A stretch of DNA of 64,000 bases from Candidatus Thorarchaeota archaeon (GCA_048884965.1 JBHLQH010000012.1:28428-92427); one strand, 5' to 3'; shown: positions 51,125 through 60,131, counted from the first letter of the stretch. Translations and numbers: made by a program. The notes: generated from the letters alone by a model not told the origin.

Positions 51125-52924
51125 TCAACTCATCAGAATCATAGCAAGTGACTCCGGAATTTCTGCGGTCTTCACAGTGTCAAGTTCTTGGCTCCAAAAG
51201 AAATTGGTATATCTAAATCTCTCCTCCAATTCAACTTCCTCTTGCTTGCCCTCAAGTATGTTCATCAATCGAATTGGATCATATTTGGTGTAGACCACTC
51301 GGCTAAATGATTCATCTTTTCTTCCTATAACTTCAAGTAGTGCTAGCTCCGTCTGCGCAATTGTATCGTACTTGTCTGTAGGGAGATTATTACCTTCAAG
51401 AAGATCTAGTATCATAATCCTCAGAGATCTCATTAGTCCTAGGTAGCGCAGGGTCTCTCCTTCTGGCGGCGGTAATTCAAGTTCATCTAATCTATCTACC
51501 AAAGATTCGAGAAAGGGTTCACCAAGAAGTTTGTATGCTTGAATCATGCTATGTGTTGTAAAACCTTGAAATGCACGACCTAGGAAACTATGTTTTAAGG
51601 AGCTTATTCTCCTTTCAGGAGGAAGCTCGATATGATTATAGATAGGAAATATCACAGGATATTTCTTGATAATGTGTCTTATCCTTTTCCAAGCAAGCGG
51701 CGGGAAGTCAGAATGTCCTGGTGAACCATAGTCGTCGTAATGAAGTTTGGATTTCCACTCATCAAATATCTTGGAACCCGGTTCGGGCGATAAAGAGTGG
51801 ATTTGTATTATTACATTGTTTCTGGCTCTTTGCTTGATCTTGAAAGCCAATCTCCAAAGAGATCTCATATCCGCGTCTGTTTCTTCTGGAAAGCCTACGA
51901 TGAAAGCAACTGTGAAATTAAATTCCAACTCGACAAGGCATTCCAATGCTGTGTCCAATATCTCTAGGTTGAGTTTCTTGTTGATAATTTGCTGGAGTCG
52001 TTGTGTTGCAGCCTCTATTCCCAAGAACAAGTTCTTACAACCAGCCCGATTCATTATAGAGAGAATCTCGGGATCAATCGTATCGAATCTTACACTAGCC
52101 CCCCATTCAATTTGGGGGTCCAATTTCTCAAGTGCTTCACATAGTCTTATGGTGTAATTTCTATCATGTGTAAGTAGATCATGATTGAATATCACGATTG
52201 CATCGCCAAAGTGGCTACGTATCTCTGAAAGCTCGTGTAACACACGTTCAACTGACTTGACTCTATATTTTCTGCGGAAATAGACTGATGTTGAGCAAAA
52301 GACACACCCATATGGACAACCTCTCCCGACCTCCAGATGCATCGTTACCGGATTGGTTCCATTGTTACGCTTGCAGAGTTCGTAGAAGGGGATTGGAGTC
52401 GTATCCAAGTCTTCAATGGGTTCTGGCCAGCCATTATCGATAATAGTATCAGAATTCCTATGTACGAGACCCTTAATCATAGGAGAGAAATTCAGTATTT
52501 GTAGCTCTTTTACGTACTCTAAGAGAGCAACATCTGCCTCCCCTCTGATTATGGCATCTACATCTGGGAATGTCATTAGAATATCTCTAGCTGGAGATGA
52601 TGCTCCTGGGCCGCCGATAATAGTATGGATTTTTGGATTGTGTCTTTTTACCTGGCGACAAATATCTATCGCAATAACTAAGTTATTAGACATTGATGAT
52701 AGTCCAAGAACATCTGGTCGAGCAGCAGCTATTATATCAATTGCTTCTTTGAGAACCAATTCTCTATTGCCTTCTTCGAAGAGGGAGAGTTTTGTGAAAT
52801 CCAGTACTTCACACTCAATACCATTCTCTCTTAGGGCAGATGCGAGAACCAAGACCCCAAGACATCTTTGAAGTTCAACAGAATATCCAGATAGCTGATG
52901 GACTGCTACCAATACTACTTTCAT
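51125..52924 (-). CDS. Cobalamin-binding (class B) radical SAM enzyme, probable RiPP maturase
   Basis: B12 domain (LGVLVLASAL, PDVLGLS, IIGGPGA, IRGEAD); RGCPYGCVFC (CxxxCxxC); LGIEA; FIVGFPEET; long C-terminal extension. Confidence 0.9.
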   Translation of the reverse strand: MKVVLVAVHQLSGYSVELQRCLGVLVLASALRENGIECEVLDFTKLSLFEEGNRELVLKEAIDIIAAARPDVLGLSSMSNNLVIAIDICRQVKRHNPKIHTIIGGPGASSPARDILMTFPDVDAIIRGEADVALLEYVKELQILNFSPMIKGLVHRNSDTIIDNGWPEPIEDLDTTPIPFYELCKRNNGTNPVTMHLEVGRGCPYGCVFCSTSVYFRRKYRVKSVERVLHELSEIRSHFGDAIVIFNHDLLTHDRNYTIRLCEALEKLDPQIEWGASVRFDTIDPEILSIMNRAGCKNLFLGIEAATQRLQQIINKKLNLEILDTALECLVELEFNFTVAFIVGFPEETDADMRSLWRLAFKIKQRARNNVIIQIHSLSPEPGSKIFDEWKSKLHYDDYGSPGHSDFPPLAWKRIRHIIKKYPVIFPIYNHIELPPERRISSLKHSFLGRAFQGFTTHSMIQAYKLLGEPFLESLVDRLDELELPPPEGETLRYLGLMRSLRIMILDLLEGNNLPTDKYDTIAQTELALLEVIGRKDESFSRVVYTKYDPIRLMNILEGKQEEVELEERFRYTNFFWSQELDTVKTAEIPESLAMILMS

Positions 52925-52972
52925 GCAATGAGATTCTCCATTGGTTCCGCTACTTAATTCATCATTCGATTT

Positions 52973-53308
52973 TCAGAGATCCATATGTGCTACTGGGTCC
53001 TTCTCAGGCGGCACCGGAGTCACAGGAAGATTATCCCATGCTCCAGCAACAGAATCGCCAAACTTGGATTTTAGCCAATCTGGAATTGCAGAGTCATCAG
53101 GAAAATCATCAAACTCACTTGCTGTTGATCGGATTAATGCAGCTTTTTGAGCATCGTGAAGTTTCAAGTATTTCCATGCATTAACCTTCAACAGAACATC
53201 ATCATTATTGTTGACTAGAGCGGTTCGAAATGCCTCTTCAGTTGCTATCTTATTTCCAAGATAATGTAGAACCTTCTTCATTTCTGTATCTAATATCTCA
53301 TCACTCAA
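52973..53308 (-). CDS. Putative RiPP precursor with NHLP-like leader
   Basis: KIATEEAFRTALVNN resembles the NHLP leader 'A..D..FR..L'; SVAGA resembles a double-glycine site; GGAGGT RBS; lies directly upstream of the radical SAM. Confidence 0.6.
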   Translation of the reverse strand: MSDEILDTEMKKVLHYLGNKIATEEAFRTALVNNNDDVLLKVNAWKYLKLHDAQKAALIRSTASEFDDFPDDSAIPDWLKSKFGDSVAGAWDNLPVTPVPPEKDPVAHMDL

Positions 53309-53388
53309 TATGGGTACCTCCTAGATAACACAAACAGAAAATTGAACAATCTTTCAATATAAAACCCATTATTTTGGGATTATGCATA

Positions 53389-53443
53389 AATTTATCCAAG
53401 TTGTTGAAGTCCGCCATTTCAGGCAAATGAATTTATCCAAGTT
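53389..53443. repeat. 14-bp direct repeat AATTTATCCAAGTT (x2) in a divergent promoter region
   Basis: Copies at 53389-53402 and 53430-53443, 41-bp period. Confidence 0.8.
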
Positions 53444-53478
53444 CTACAATCATTTATAGCTAAATTGAGGAATTATTA

Positions 53479-54873
53479 ATGCTTGAGAAACACGTGATCG
53501 CAACGGGAGTGGATGCGAAAACGGGTCTACCAATATTTCATTCTATGGACTGGAAAGAAAATCTGTTCGACTTAATTCAAGAATGTAGCTTACATGATAC
53601 TATCGCTCCCGAATTCACTGGTATAGGATCTTATGACAAAAGCACATTCTATCGAAGATTCGATTTGAGCAATCCAAAAACTGCAAAATGGGGATTGGTA
53701 GTTCATACAAGTGAAGCTGTTAAGCTGGAAGAAAAACTTGCACCACTAATTGAATTTCGCGACGGAGTAGTATTCCGGTATAATGGCGAAAATGCATATA
53801 AATGGAGAAGAGAAAAGAAGGCTACAATTGCCAATCCGGACGATTTTCCATTCTACCTTCTTATAGCAGGCTCTCCTGAGAAGATTCCTTTTGAATTTCA
53901 ATTTGTATTGGACGCTACTCAGTCGGTAGGTAGGATTCACTTCGATGACATTGATGATTATGAGAAGTATGCAGAAACTGTCGTCAAATATGAAGAAAGG
54001 AAGATTGAACCTCCTGCAAAAAAGTTGGTGCTATTTTCTTCTGAAGAAGACTATGCGATGAAAGTCGCCGCTGGATCACTGGCTAATCCTCTATACAGTG
54101 AATTGACGAAAAATACTTTGCCAAATAATTTCCAGGTAACTAACCTTAGAAGTCGAGAAGCTACTAAGGATAATCTCATCAAGCAATTCCAAGTCGAATC
54201 ACCGGGAAAATCACCGGCGCTCCTCTTTTCAGTCTGCCACGGAACCGGAGTCTATACGCAGAACAATTTGCAGGCTAAATTACAAGGAGCGCTTTGTTGC
54301 TATGGCAAGAGGAATCCACTTACTGATACGAATAGAGTTGGATACATCACTGGATATGACATTCCTGCTCAATTCAAGATGCCTGGTGGAATCGCCTTCC
54401 TTTTCACATGCTATGGAGCTGGTTCTATGCGCGATAGTGATTTCGCTAGATACCTTTCAGATGATAATCCCTACAAGAATGTATTCCTTAAGTTCCAAGC
54501 AAAGAAGGACTTCGTGGCTCATATGCCCAAGAAACTACTATCAGATGGTGGTGCCCTAGCTGTTGTAGGGCATTTTGATCCTGCTTGGGTTTCTCGAGAT
54601 AGATCTGCCTCAGCTATGGTTGAGAGATTAAATCCGTTCAGGATGACTCTAGGTGAGTTAATGATGGGAGGTCCAGTAGGGTTTGCTGCGAAGATATTCA
54701 ATGAACGATATTCATCAATATCTGAGCAACTCACATCAGAACTTGAGAAATATGCGAAGGAAAAGAATTTCAAAGATGTAGACTTGCATCGTTTCAATGA
54801 TCTCTGGCAGATGCGTAATGATGCCAAGAACTATGTCGTTATCGGAGACCCCGCAGCACATATTATGCTCTAG
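53479..54873 (+). CDS. Gingipain-like (peptidase C25, clan CD) cysteine protease, cytoplasmic
   Basis: PFYLLIAGSPEKIPF, VGRIHFD, VCHG (His), FTCYGAG (Cys), LAVVGH, YVVIGDPA; no signal peptide. Confidence 0.8.
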   Translation: MLEKHVIATGVDAKTGLPIFHSMDWKENLFDLIQECSLHDTIAPEFTGIGSYDKSTFYRRFDLSNPKTAKWGLVVHTSEAVKLEEKLAPLIEFRDGVVFRYNGENAYKWRREKKATIANPDDFPFYLLIAGSPEKIPFEFQFVLDATQSVGRIHFDDIDDYEKYAETVVKYEERKIEPPAKKLVLFSSEEDYAMKVAAGSLANPLYSELTKNTLPNNFQVTNLRSREATKDNLIKQFQVESPGKSPALLFSVCHGTGVYTQNNLQAKLQGALCCYGKRNPLTDTNRVGYITGYDIPAQFKMPGGIAFLFTCYGAGSMRDSDFARYLSDDNPYKNVFLKFQAKKDFVAHMPKKLLSDGGALAVVGHFDPAWVSRDRSASAMVERLNPFRMTLGELMMGGPVGFAAKIFNERYSSISEQLTSELEKYAKEKNFKDVDLHRFNDLWQMRNDAKNYVVIGDPAAHIML

Positions 54874-54961
54874 TGGTTTTTAGTTGTGACTCATTAGCAG
54901 CATCATAATCAGAGAACGAATGCTGCATTATCTTCACGCAAGTCTCCTTCTTAGAAAATCA

Positions 54962-55972
54962 TTAGTTGTTCACCTGTACGCTTGATGGACAGTGAGCAGT
55001 CTTATCCAAAAAGTAAGAGGTCTCCCTGCTCTCTGCAGAGAGATTTCCTATATTCTTTATCAAGTAGGAATTCATCCGGCCCTCTGACTTCATCGTACTG
55101 AAGATGATGCGAGCATTCACATCCTCAGCATAAGGCAGATTGCTGATCTCTTTCGAGACAAATCCCAAGTCCTTCACATGCTTGACAGTCATGTAATGAA
55201 GCATCTCGCTTCGGTCCTCATTATAGAATGTGAACCAGTGCTCCTCAGGGTAGATATCAGTCATGAACTCAGCAGCATCCTTTGGACCAGTGCTCCTCTC
55301 ATTCAATCTGTACTTGAGCATGAAGTTAACGCCGCCAGAAGATGGCAGGTTCAACCTAAGGGTGAGATTGATTCCACTGCACTCCTGAAACTCATGAATA
55401 GTCTCGCTGATCATCTTTGGAGAGAAACCAGTCAAGTCTGATATTTCAGTGATAGACATCCTGGCGTTATATGCCAAGTACTTCAAGACCTTCAGTTGAT
55501 GTTCATCCAACTGAGTCCTTCCGCCTGAAGAGGTATATTTGCACGAGCCGTCAACCACACCATTTGCAACTGGGGAGATCCTATCTACTTCAAATGATTC
55601 TATACCATCAAGCTTACTGATGCATGACTCGAAACCACTTCTTTCACTAGGAGCGATCTCCGCCAGGATAAGATACCGACCTTTACCTAGCATCATGACC
55701 TCTCCAATACACTCGTTTGCTTCGAACTGCTGGAATAGATCCATTTGGCTTTCAGTCCCATCTGTCTTGAGCTCAGCCAAATACCACTCCACACCCATCA
55801 TTTCCTGTGAGAGCTCAGCGATGTATCGTTGAATCACGCCCCATTGTCTTAGACGATTCGCCCTTGCAATGATTGTTGGACATGTGACCCGGAACTCTCT
55901 TGCAATGTTCCTGAAAGACTCTCGGCAGTTTCCGAGCAGTCGTGTGATGATTCTCTTGTCTAACCAATCCAT
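54962..55972 (-). CDS. Lrp/AsnC-family regulator with tandem wHTH domains (close paralogue of 36740-37678)
   Basis: MDWLDKRII..L..NCRESFR.IA....VTCPTI; LSQE..GV.W; CKYTSSG; NARMSI. GAGGTG RBS. Confidence 0.88.
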   Translation of the reverse strand: MDWLDKRIITRLLGNCRESFRNIAREFRVTCPTIIARANRLRQWGVIQRYIAELSQEMMGVEWYLAELKTDGTESQMDLFQQFEANECIGEVMMLGKGRYLILAEIAPSERSGFESCISKLDGIESFEVDRISPVANGVVDGSCKYTSSGGRTQLDEHQLKVLKYLAYNARMSITEISDLTGFSPKMISETIHEFQECSGINLTLRLNLPSSGGVNFMLKYRLNERSTGPKDAAEFMTDIYPEEHWFTFYNEDRSEMLHYMTVKHVKDLGFVSKEISNLPYAEDVNARIIFSTMKSEGRMNSYLIKNIGNLSAESRETSYFLDKTAHCPSSVQVNN

Positions 55973-56025
55973 TTGTTACACCTCGTTATTTCATAATCTT
56001 GCTAGTGAGAAAGAAAGGATATATT

Positions 56026-56056
56026 GCCTAGCGTCTAGATGCTCCGGACGCTAGGC
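56026..56056. terminator. Strong hairpin between the small secreted-protein gene and the downstream Lrp gene
   Basis: gcctagcgtc...gacgctaggc, 10-bp perfect stem; T-rich tracts follow on both strands. Confidence 0.65.
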
Positions 56057-56075
56057 GGGTTTTTGCTGAATGGAG

Positions 56076-56348
56076 TTAGTATGGAGTTATGATCCTCCAA
56101 GGGAGGACTGCTGGATCCAAATCGTGTGCAGGACTGTTGAATCGGAAGCCTTGGTTAGGATCCGCATAGACAGCCTCTTCATTTGTCTTGTAGTCTAGCT
56201 GATCAGGATCAGCATAGACACTTGTATCGTTGTCACCCCAAAGGGTAAAGGCACCATTCATTGTTGCGAGCACTCCAAACGAGAGTGCACAGGCAATGAA
56301 GCATAGCGCCAGACTAGCTCCAATCAAGCGAGTCATTCTCTTATTCAT
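56076..56348 (-). CDS. Small secreted or membrane-anchored protein with a repeated VYADP motif
   Basis: MNKRMTR followed by a hydrophobic signal helix; SVYADPDQ and AVYADPNQ; GAGGTGA RBS before ATG 56348. Confidence 0.7.
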   Translation of the reverse strand: MNKRMTRLIGASLALCFIACALSFGVLATMNGAFTLWGDNDTSVYADPDQLDYKTNEEAVYADPNQGFRFNSPAHDLDPAVLPWRIITPY

Positions 56349-56572
56349 CTCTTTATCACCTCTGTACCTCTCCACTCATTCTGTGGATTTGATACAATGA
56401 ATAGAACACATAGAATTAGTATAAGCACACGTTAGCAATCAGCATTCCATATTGCAGAAGAGTTGAGGGCAGATGGATGAAATGTAAAGTATGTACTTTA
56501 CAAATCAGATAGCCCGAAGATTTTAGTTGCATTGATGTATCAGAATCCATCTGAGGATCTAGGACGCAGGCG

Positions 56573-57496
56573 ATGGTTATGGACCTACTTGATAAGAAAA
56601 TCTTGACCGAACTGACAAAGAACTGCAGGATGACATATCAAGAACTTAGTGACAAAGTAGGATATACACCAAATGCCATCCGAAAACGAGTGGACAAGCT
56701 CATTGAAAATGGCACTCTCTATTCTTTCACATTGCGACCTACTTTGAATTCTATGAACGCGAATATCGCACTGACACTTATAGAAACTGATGGTAGTGAA
56801 TCACCCAATGAATTCATTGATTCCCTTGGAACGAATGAGATGGTCGGAGAAGTCAATCCTATCGTCACCAAGGATCACGGTTTCTATCTTGTGCTATCAG
56901 ATTACGTTGGGGCTAACGGGATTTTTGATCTTGGTGGGTTCTTCAGAAGGCTAGACAATGTCATTACTGTAGAGATGCATCCGGTTATGACACAACCTAT
57001 CTATCATGGAAGGAAAGTGGAATTCCAGCCATTGGAGCTTAGTGTGATGAAGCATCTCTACGCAGATGCTCGAATGTCCATAAGAAACCTGACTGAAATA
57101 GCAAATATGTCTGCAAGAAGGATACGCAAGATACTTCTGAACCTTCAAGAAAGCGGTGGCATCTCGTTCTCTATCAGATGGAATACTGCAGCAGCAGGCT
57201 CTATTAGATTCTTCCTCGCCTTTCGTTATGATGTCAAGACATTAGAGCTACAGAAGGTCATCTCATGGCTGGAAGAGAACTACGAAAGAGAGTTCTGGCT
57301 CTATTGGATATCCACAAGTGAACCTCTTGTCTTTGCGAGCTTCACTGTCGAATCCATTGCACAGGCTAGAAGGATTTCAATAGATGTCCGCGCAGAATCA
57401 CCCTTTTCGTCAGTGAGAACTTGGATTTGCTACCCACCAAGAAAATTCAAGACTTATCCTGAAACATGGTTTGAGAAACTCCTTTTTAAGGAGTAA
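56573..57496 (+). CDS. Lrp/AsnC-family regulator with tandem wHTH domains
   Basis: MDLLDKKIL..L..NCRMTYQELS..VG...NAIRKRV; ADARMSI. Confidence 0.88.
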   Translation: MVMDLLDKKILTELTKNCRMTYQELSDKVGYTPNAIRKRVDKLIENGTLYSFTLRPTLNSMNANIALTLIETDGSESPNEFIDSLGTNEMVGEVNPIVTKDHGFYLVLSDYVGANGIFDLGGFFRRLDNVITVEMHPVMTQPIYHGRKVEFQPLELSVMKHLYADARMSIRNLTEIANMSARRIRKILLNLQESGGISFSIRWNTAAAGSIRFFLAFRYDVKTLELQKVISWLEENYEREFWLYWISTSEPLVFASFTVESIAQARRISIDVRAESPFSSVRTWICYPPRKFKTYPETWFEKLLFKE

Positions 57497-57512
57497 TTCC
57501 AAATACATATGC

Positions 57513-57679
57513 CTATAAGGGTATGATATGCAAAAAAAACTTGCAGGACATCAAGCAGGATGCGCCTTATCAGAAAGAGATTCGTGATTGGTTACAGACC
57601 GTTTCGCACCTCCCCGATGGATACGCTACTTTTGAACGACCTGCAATCAATTATGCCTCGGCATAAGTGAGTGATACAA
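57513..57679 (+). promoter_or_regulatory. Promoter and conserved structured 5' leader of SSB copy 2
   Basis: TATAAG at 57514; outer helix ttgcagg (57541-47) / cctgcaa (57640-46); hairpin ttatgc-ctcg-gcataa (57651-66); colinear with 13519-13686. Confidence 0.75.
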
Positions 57680-58273
57680 ATGAGTTACGATAGAGAGCCT
57701 GTAGAGGCCCAGGTGGCTGATCTAAAGCCACGCATGAAGAATCTTGTAATCACCTTCAAGGTTCTTGAGATCGGTGAAGAACGCGAAGTATCTTCCCGAA
57801 ACGACGGAGCAACCCACAGAGTATTAGATGCCATTGTCGGAGATGCGACAGGTACAGTTGCAGTCCCATGCTGGGATGACACTATTGACATGCTTGAAGT
57901 AGGAAAGACCTTCACCCTGAAGAACGGGTACACTGGTCTTTTCAGAGGAAACCTTCGACTTAACATCGGTAAGTACGGAGAACTCTCAGAAGCTGAGACA
58001 CCCATCGAAGAAGTCAACATGGAGAACGACATGTCGGCTGAAGAACACGAGGACACCCGACGCTCATATAGAGGTGGCGGCGGTGGTGGCCGAGGTGGCG
58101 GTGGATACCGAAGCGGTGGCGGCGGTGGAGATCGTGGCTACGGTGGCGGTGGCGGCGGATACGGCGGCGGCGGACGAGACCGTGACCGAGGTTATGGTGG
58201 CGGCGGCGGTGGCGGCGGCAGAGACCGACGTGATCGTGGCGGTGGACGCGGTGGCGGCGGAAGACGCTACTAG
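57680..58273 (+). CDS. ssb: Single OB-fold SSB-like protein with RGG-rich tail, copy 2
   Basis: Near-identical OB fold to 12976-13518 (KNGYTGLFRGNLRLN.GKYGELS) with a longer Gly/Arg tail. Alternative GTG start at 57671. Confidence 0.85.
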   Translation: MSYDREPVEAQVADLKPRMKNLVITFKVLEIGEEREVSSRNDGATHRVLDAIVGDATGTVAVPCWDDTIDMLEVGKTFTLKNGYTGLFRGNLRLNIGKYGELSEAETPIEEVNMENDMSAEEHEDTRRSYRGGGGGGRGGGGYRSGGGGGDRGYGGGGGGYGGGGRDRDRGYGGGGGGGGRDRRDRGGGRGGGGRRY

Positions 58274-58301
58274 ATTCAACCAATAATACAACGTGAATTT
58301 T

Positions 58302-58331
58302 ATCGGGTTGCATTTCTGCGACCCGATTTTT
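58302..58331 (+). terminator. Stem-loop plus T tract after SSB copy 2
   Basis: atcgggttgca-tttc-tgcgacccgat followed by tttt. Confidence 0.75.
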
Positions 58332-58415
58332 CATTTATCTTCTCGATTCTACAATATTATATTCTCTATTGTCCAATCTAACTCATACTACTAATTGCAG
58401 AAATTGGTGGATGTG

Positions 58416-58871
58416 ATGAAGACATTGTCAAAGCAGGACATCTATGTACCATTCGTCTTTATTTTGATCGTAATTGGTATCGTGGTATCATACAATGTAG
58501 CTTATCCTTTCATTCCAGTGGAGGATATCTCGTATTCAGGACCAACGGAGATCGAAGACTTAGAAGGACAATGGTATCAAGCTGGACCCTTTGAGATTGA
58601 CATGAATGGATCATATGCAGTGAGATTGTGCTCAGTCATCTTCACATTCTTGACATATGAGGTTCCTGACGTTTTGGACGTCCCATATCAGGTAAACGTT
58701 TCTGTGAAGTTTGAGGATGGGACAATAGAACCAATAGGATTTTGGGTGGGCGGATATGGATATTTTGGTTCTAGAGTATTTGAAACCACTCACTCAAGCC
58801 CCAGTGCGGCAATCATCACACATGTTTCTCACACAGATTGGTATGCATGGTACTATTTAGTTTCAGCATAG
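58416..58871 (+). CDS. Hypothetical membrane-anchored protein
   Basis: N-terminal TM followed by a beta-rich soluble part. Confidence 0.6.
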   Translation: MKTLSKQDIYVPFVFILIVIGIVVSYNVAYPFIPVEDISYSGPTEIEDLEGQWYQAGPFEIDMNGSYAVRLCSVIFTFLTYEVPDVLDVPYQVNVSVKFEDGTIEPIGFWVGGYGYFGSRVFETTHSSPSAAIITHVSHTDWYAWYYLVSA

Positions 58872-59270
58872 GAGATTAGAAGTAATACGGAGGGATCAGA
58901 CTACTATTACTAGGGGAACATGTCTGATTAGGGTTTCAATACGAGAATCCTTTCTGTCGATTCGCCATCAGACATTCTAGTAATGAGTCTGTCTTCATTT
59001 AAGCCGGCATCAATGAAGGAAGGTGCAAATGACTCATCATTTCAAAATATGAAGGTGGGAAGGAGTGTAGGGTCGAGCTCCTTCCCGAAGCGGTACACAG
59101 AAGTTGACCAACCAGATAAGCATAATCATAGCACACCAGGAAGTGTGGTGCTACTTACTCTGGAGAGGCAATCTAGGTATACTATACTGTGCTGGTGTTC
59201 TCTGAGTTAAGTTTACTAATAAGCATCTATCACAAGTGAGCTATAGTTCCTTTTGGTACATAGCTGAATC

Positions 59271-60131
59271 TCATTTGTCATATCCAATGATTACGCTTAT
59301 GTGAACTACAGATTTTCTTTCAACCTTTGTGAATCGTTTCTCAAATTCAGAAACAATTAGACTTTCAGGCGATGTTTCCCCCTCGAATTCAGAGGGATGT
59401 TCCTTTTGCTCGATAAACTCCCCAATGCTCATTGGGTCTTCAATCTTCTTGACAAGAGCAGTAGGTGTTACAATAGCGACTTTTCCAGATTTGTTAACAA
59501 CTCTGTACCATTCGTCAAGGCATTCTATCACTGATTCGAGAGCGGAGAATCCAGGTAACACTACCAGGTCAAAATAGTCGTCCTTCGATGGGATATTGCT
59601 ACAAGTACCCTCTAAATTCGGTGTTATTCCTAGGTCCATGTCTGAAAAGATCTCTCGCGGACCTACAAAGTAGATAGTTGCTTTGGGGCTAGTATCGAGT
59701 ATGGTCGATAGTAGCAATCTAGCAGCCTTTGAGGATTTCATAGATACAAAGGCTATCACAGGTGCATTTCCAAGTCCCTCAAGCAGTATTTTTGAAAGTA
59801 TTGAGAATGCTCCTTTCTCAGCAGGAAGAGACCGTAGATATTCACCATAGAATTCATGAACGGTCTGAATTGCGTCCATGAGAATTTTTTCGCGGAACTC
59901 ATTCCCCTTTGAGCTGATACCATAGACTCTTTTTTGAGGACCTGATGCACTCGGTTGCCAGTTGTCCATTAGAAGACCTTCACTAGACATCTGATTCAGA
60001 ATTTCATATAGACGACCAATTCGAAGTTTTATACCACGTTTTTCCAATTGCCCGTGTATGTCATATCCATGTAGCTCACTGTTTCCAAGCATCTTTAGAA
60101 TCTCATTTCGAATCTGGTCCTGTCTGATCAT
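59271..60131 (-). CDS. PadR-family wHTH regulator fused to a degenerate class I methyltransferase-like domain
   Basis: LHGYDI..L, RLYEIL..M...GLL, SGPQKRVY.IS.KG (PadR); NIPSKDDYFDLVV...EWYRVVNKSGKV (MTase-like). Start ATG 60131. Confidence 0.8.
   Translation of the reverse strand: MIRQDQIRNEILKMLGNSELHGYDIHGQLEKRGIKLRIGRLYEILNQMSSEGLLMDNWQPSASGPQKRVYGISSKGNEFREKILMDAIQTVHEFYGEYLRSLPAEKGAFSILSKILLEGLGNAPVIAFVSMKSSKAARLLLSTILDTSPKATIYFVGPREIFSDMDLGITPNLEGTCSNIPSKDDYFDLVVLPGFSALESVIECLDEWYRVVNKSGKVAIVTPTALVKKIEDPMSIGEFIEQKEHPSEFEGETSPESLIVSEFEKRFTKVERKSVVHISVIIGYDK

Noticed and set aside
37680-54960. Mobile element with att sites
   Set aside because: No integrase or transposase and no terminal direct or inverted repeats found by eye.
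58880-59260. Possible selenoprotein or pseudogene in the 58.9-59.2 kb gap (a minus frame with two in-frame TGA codons and a weak hairpin)
   Set aside because: No recognisable protein motif, start signal or convincing SECIS; left unannotated.
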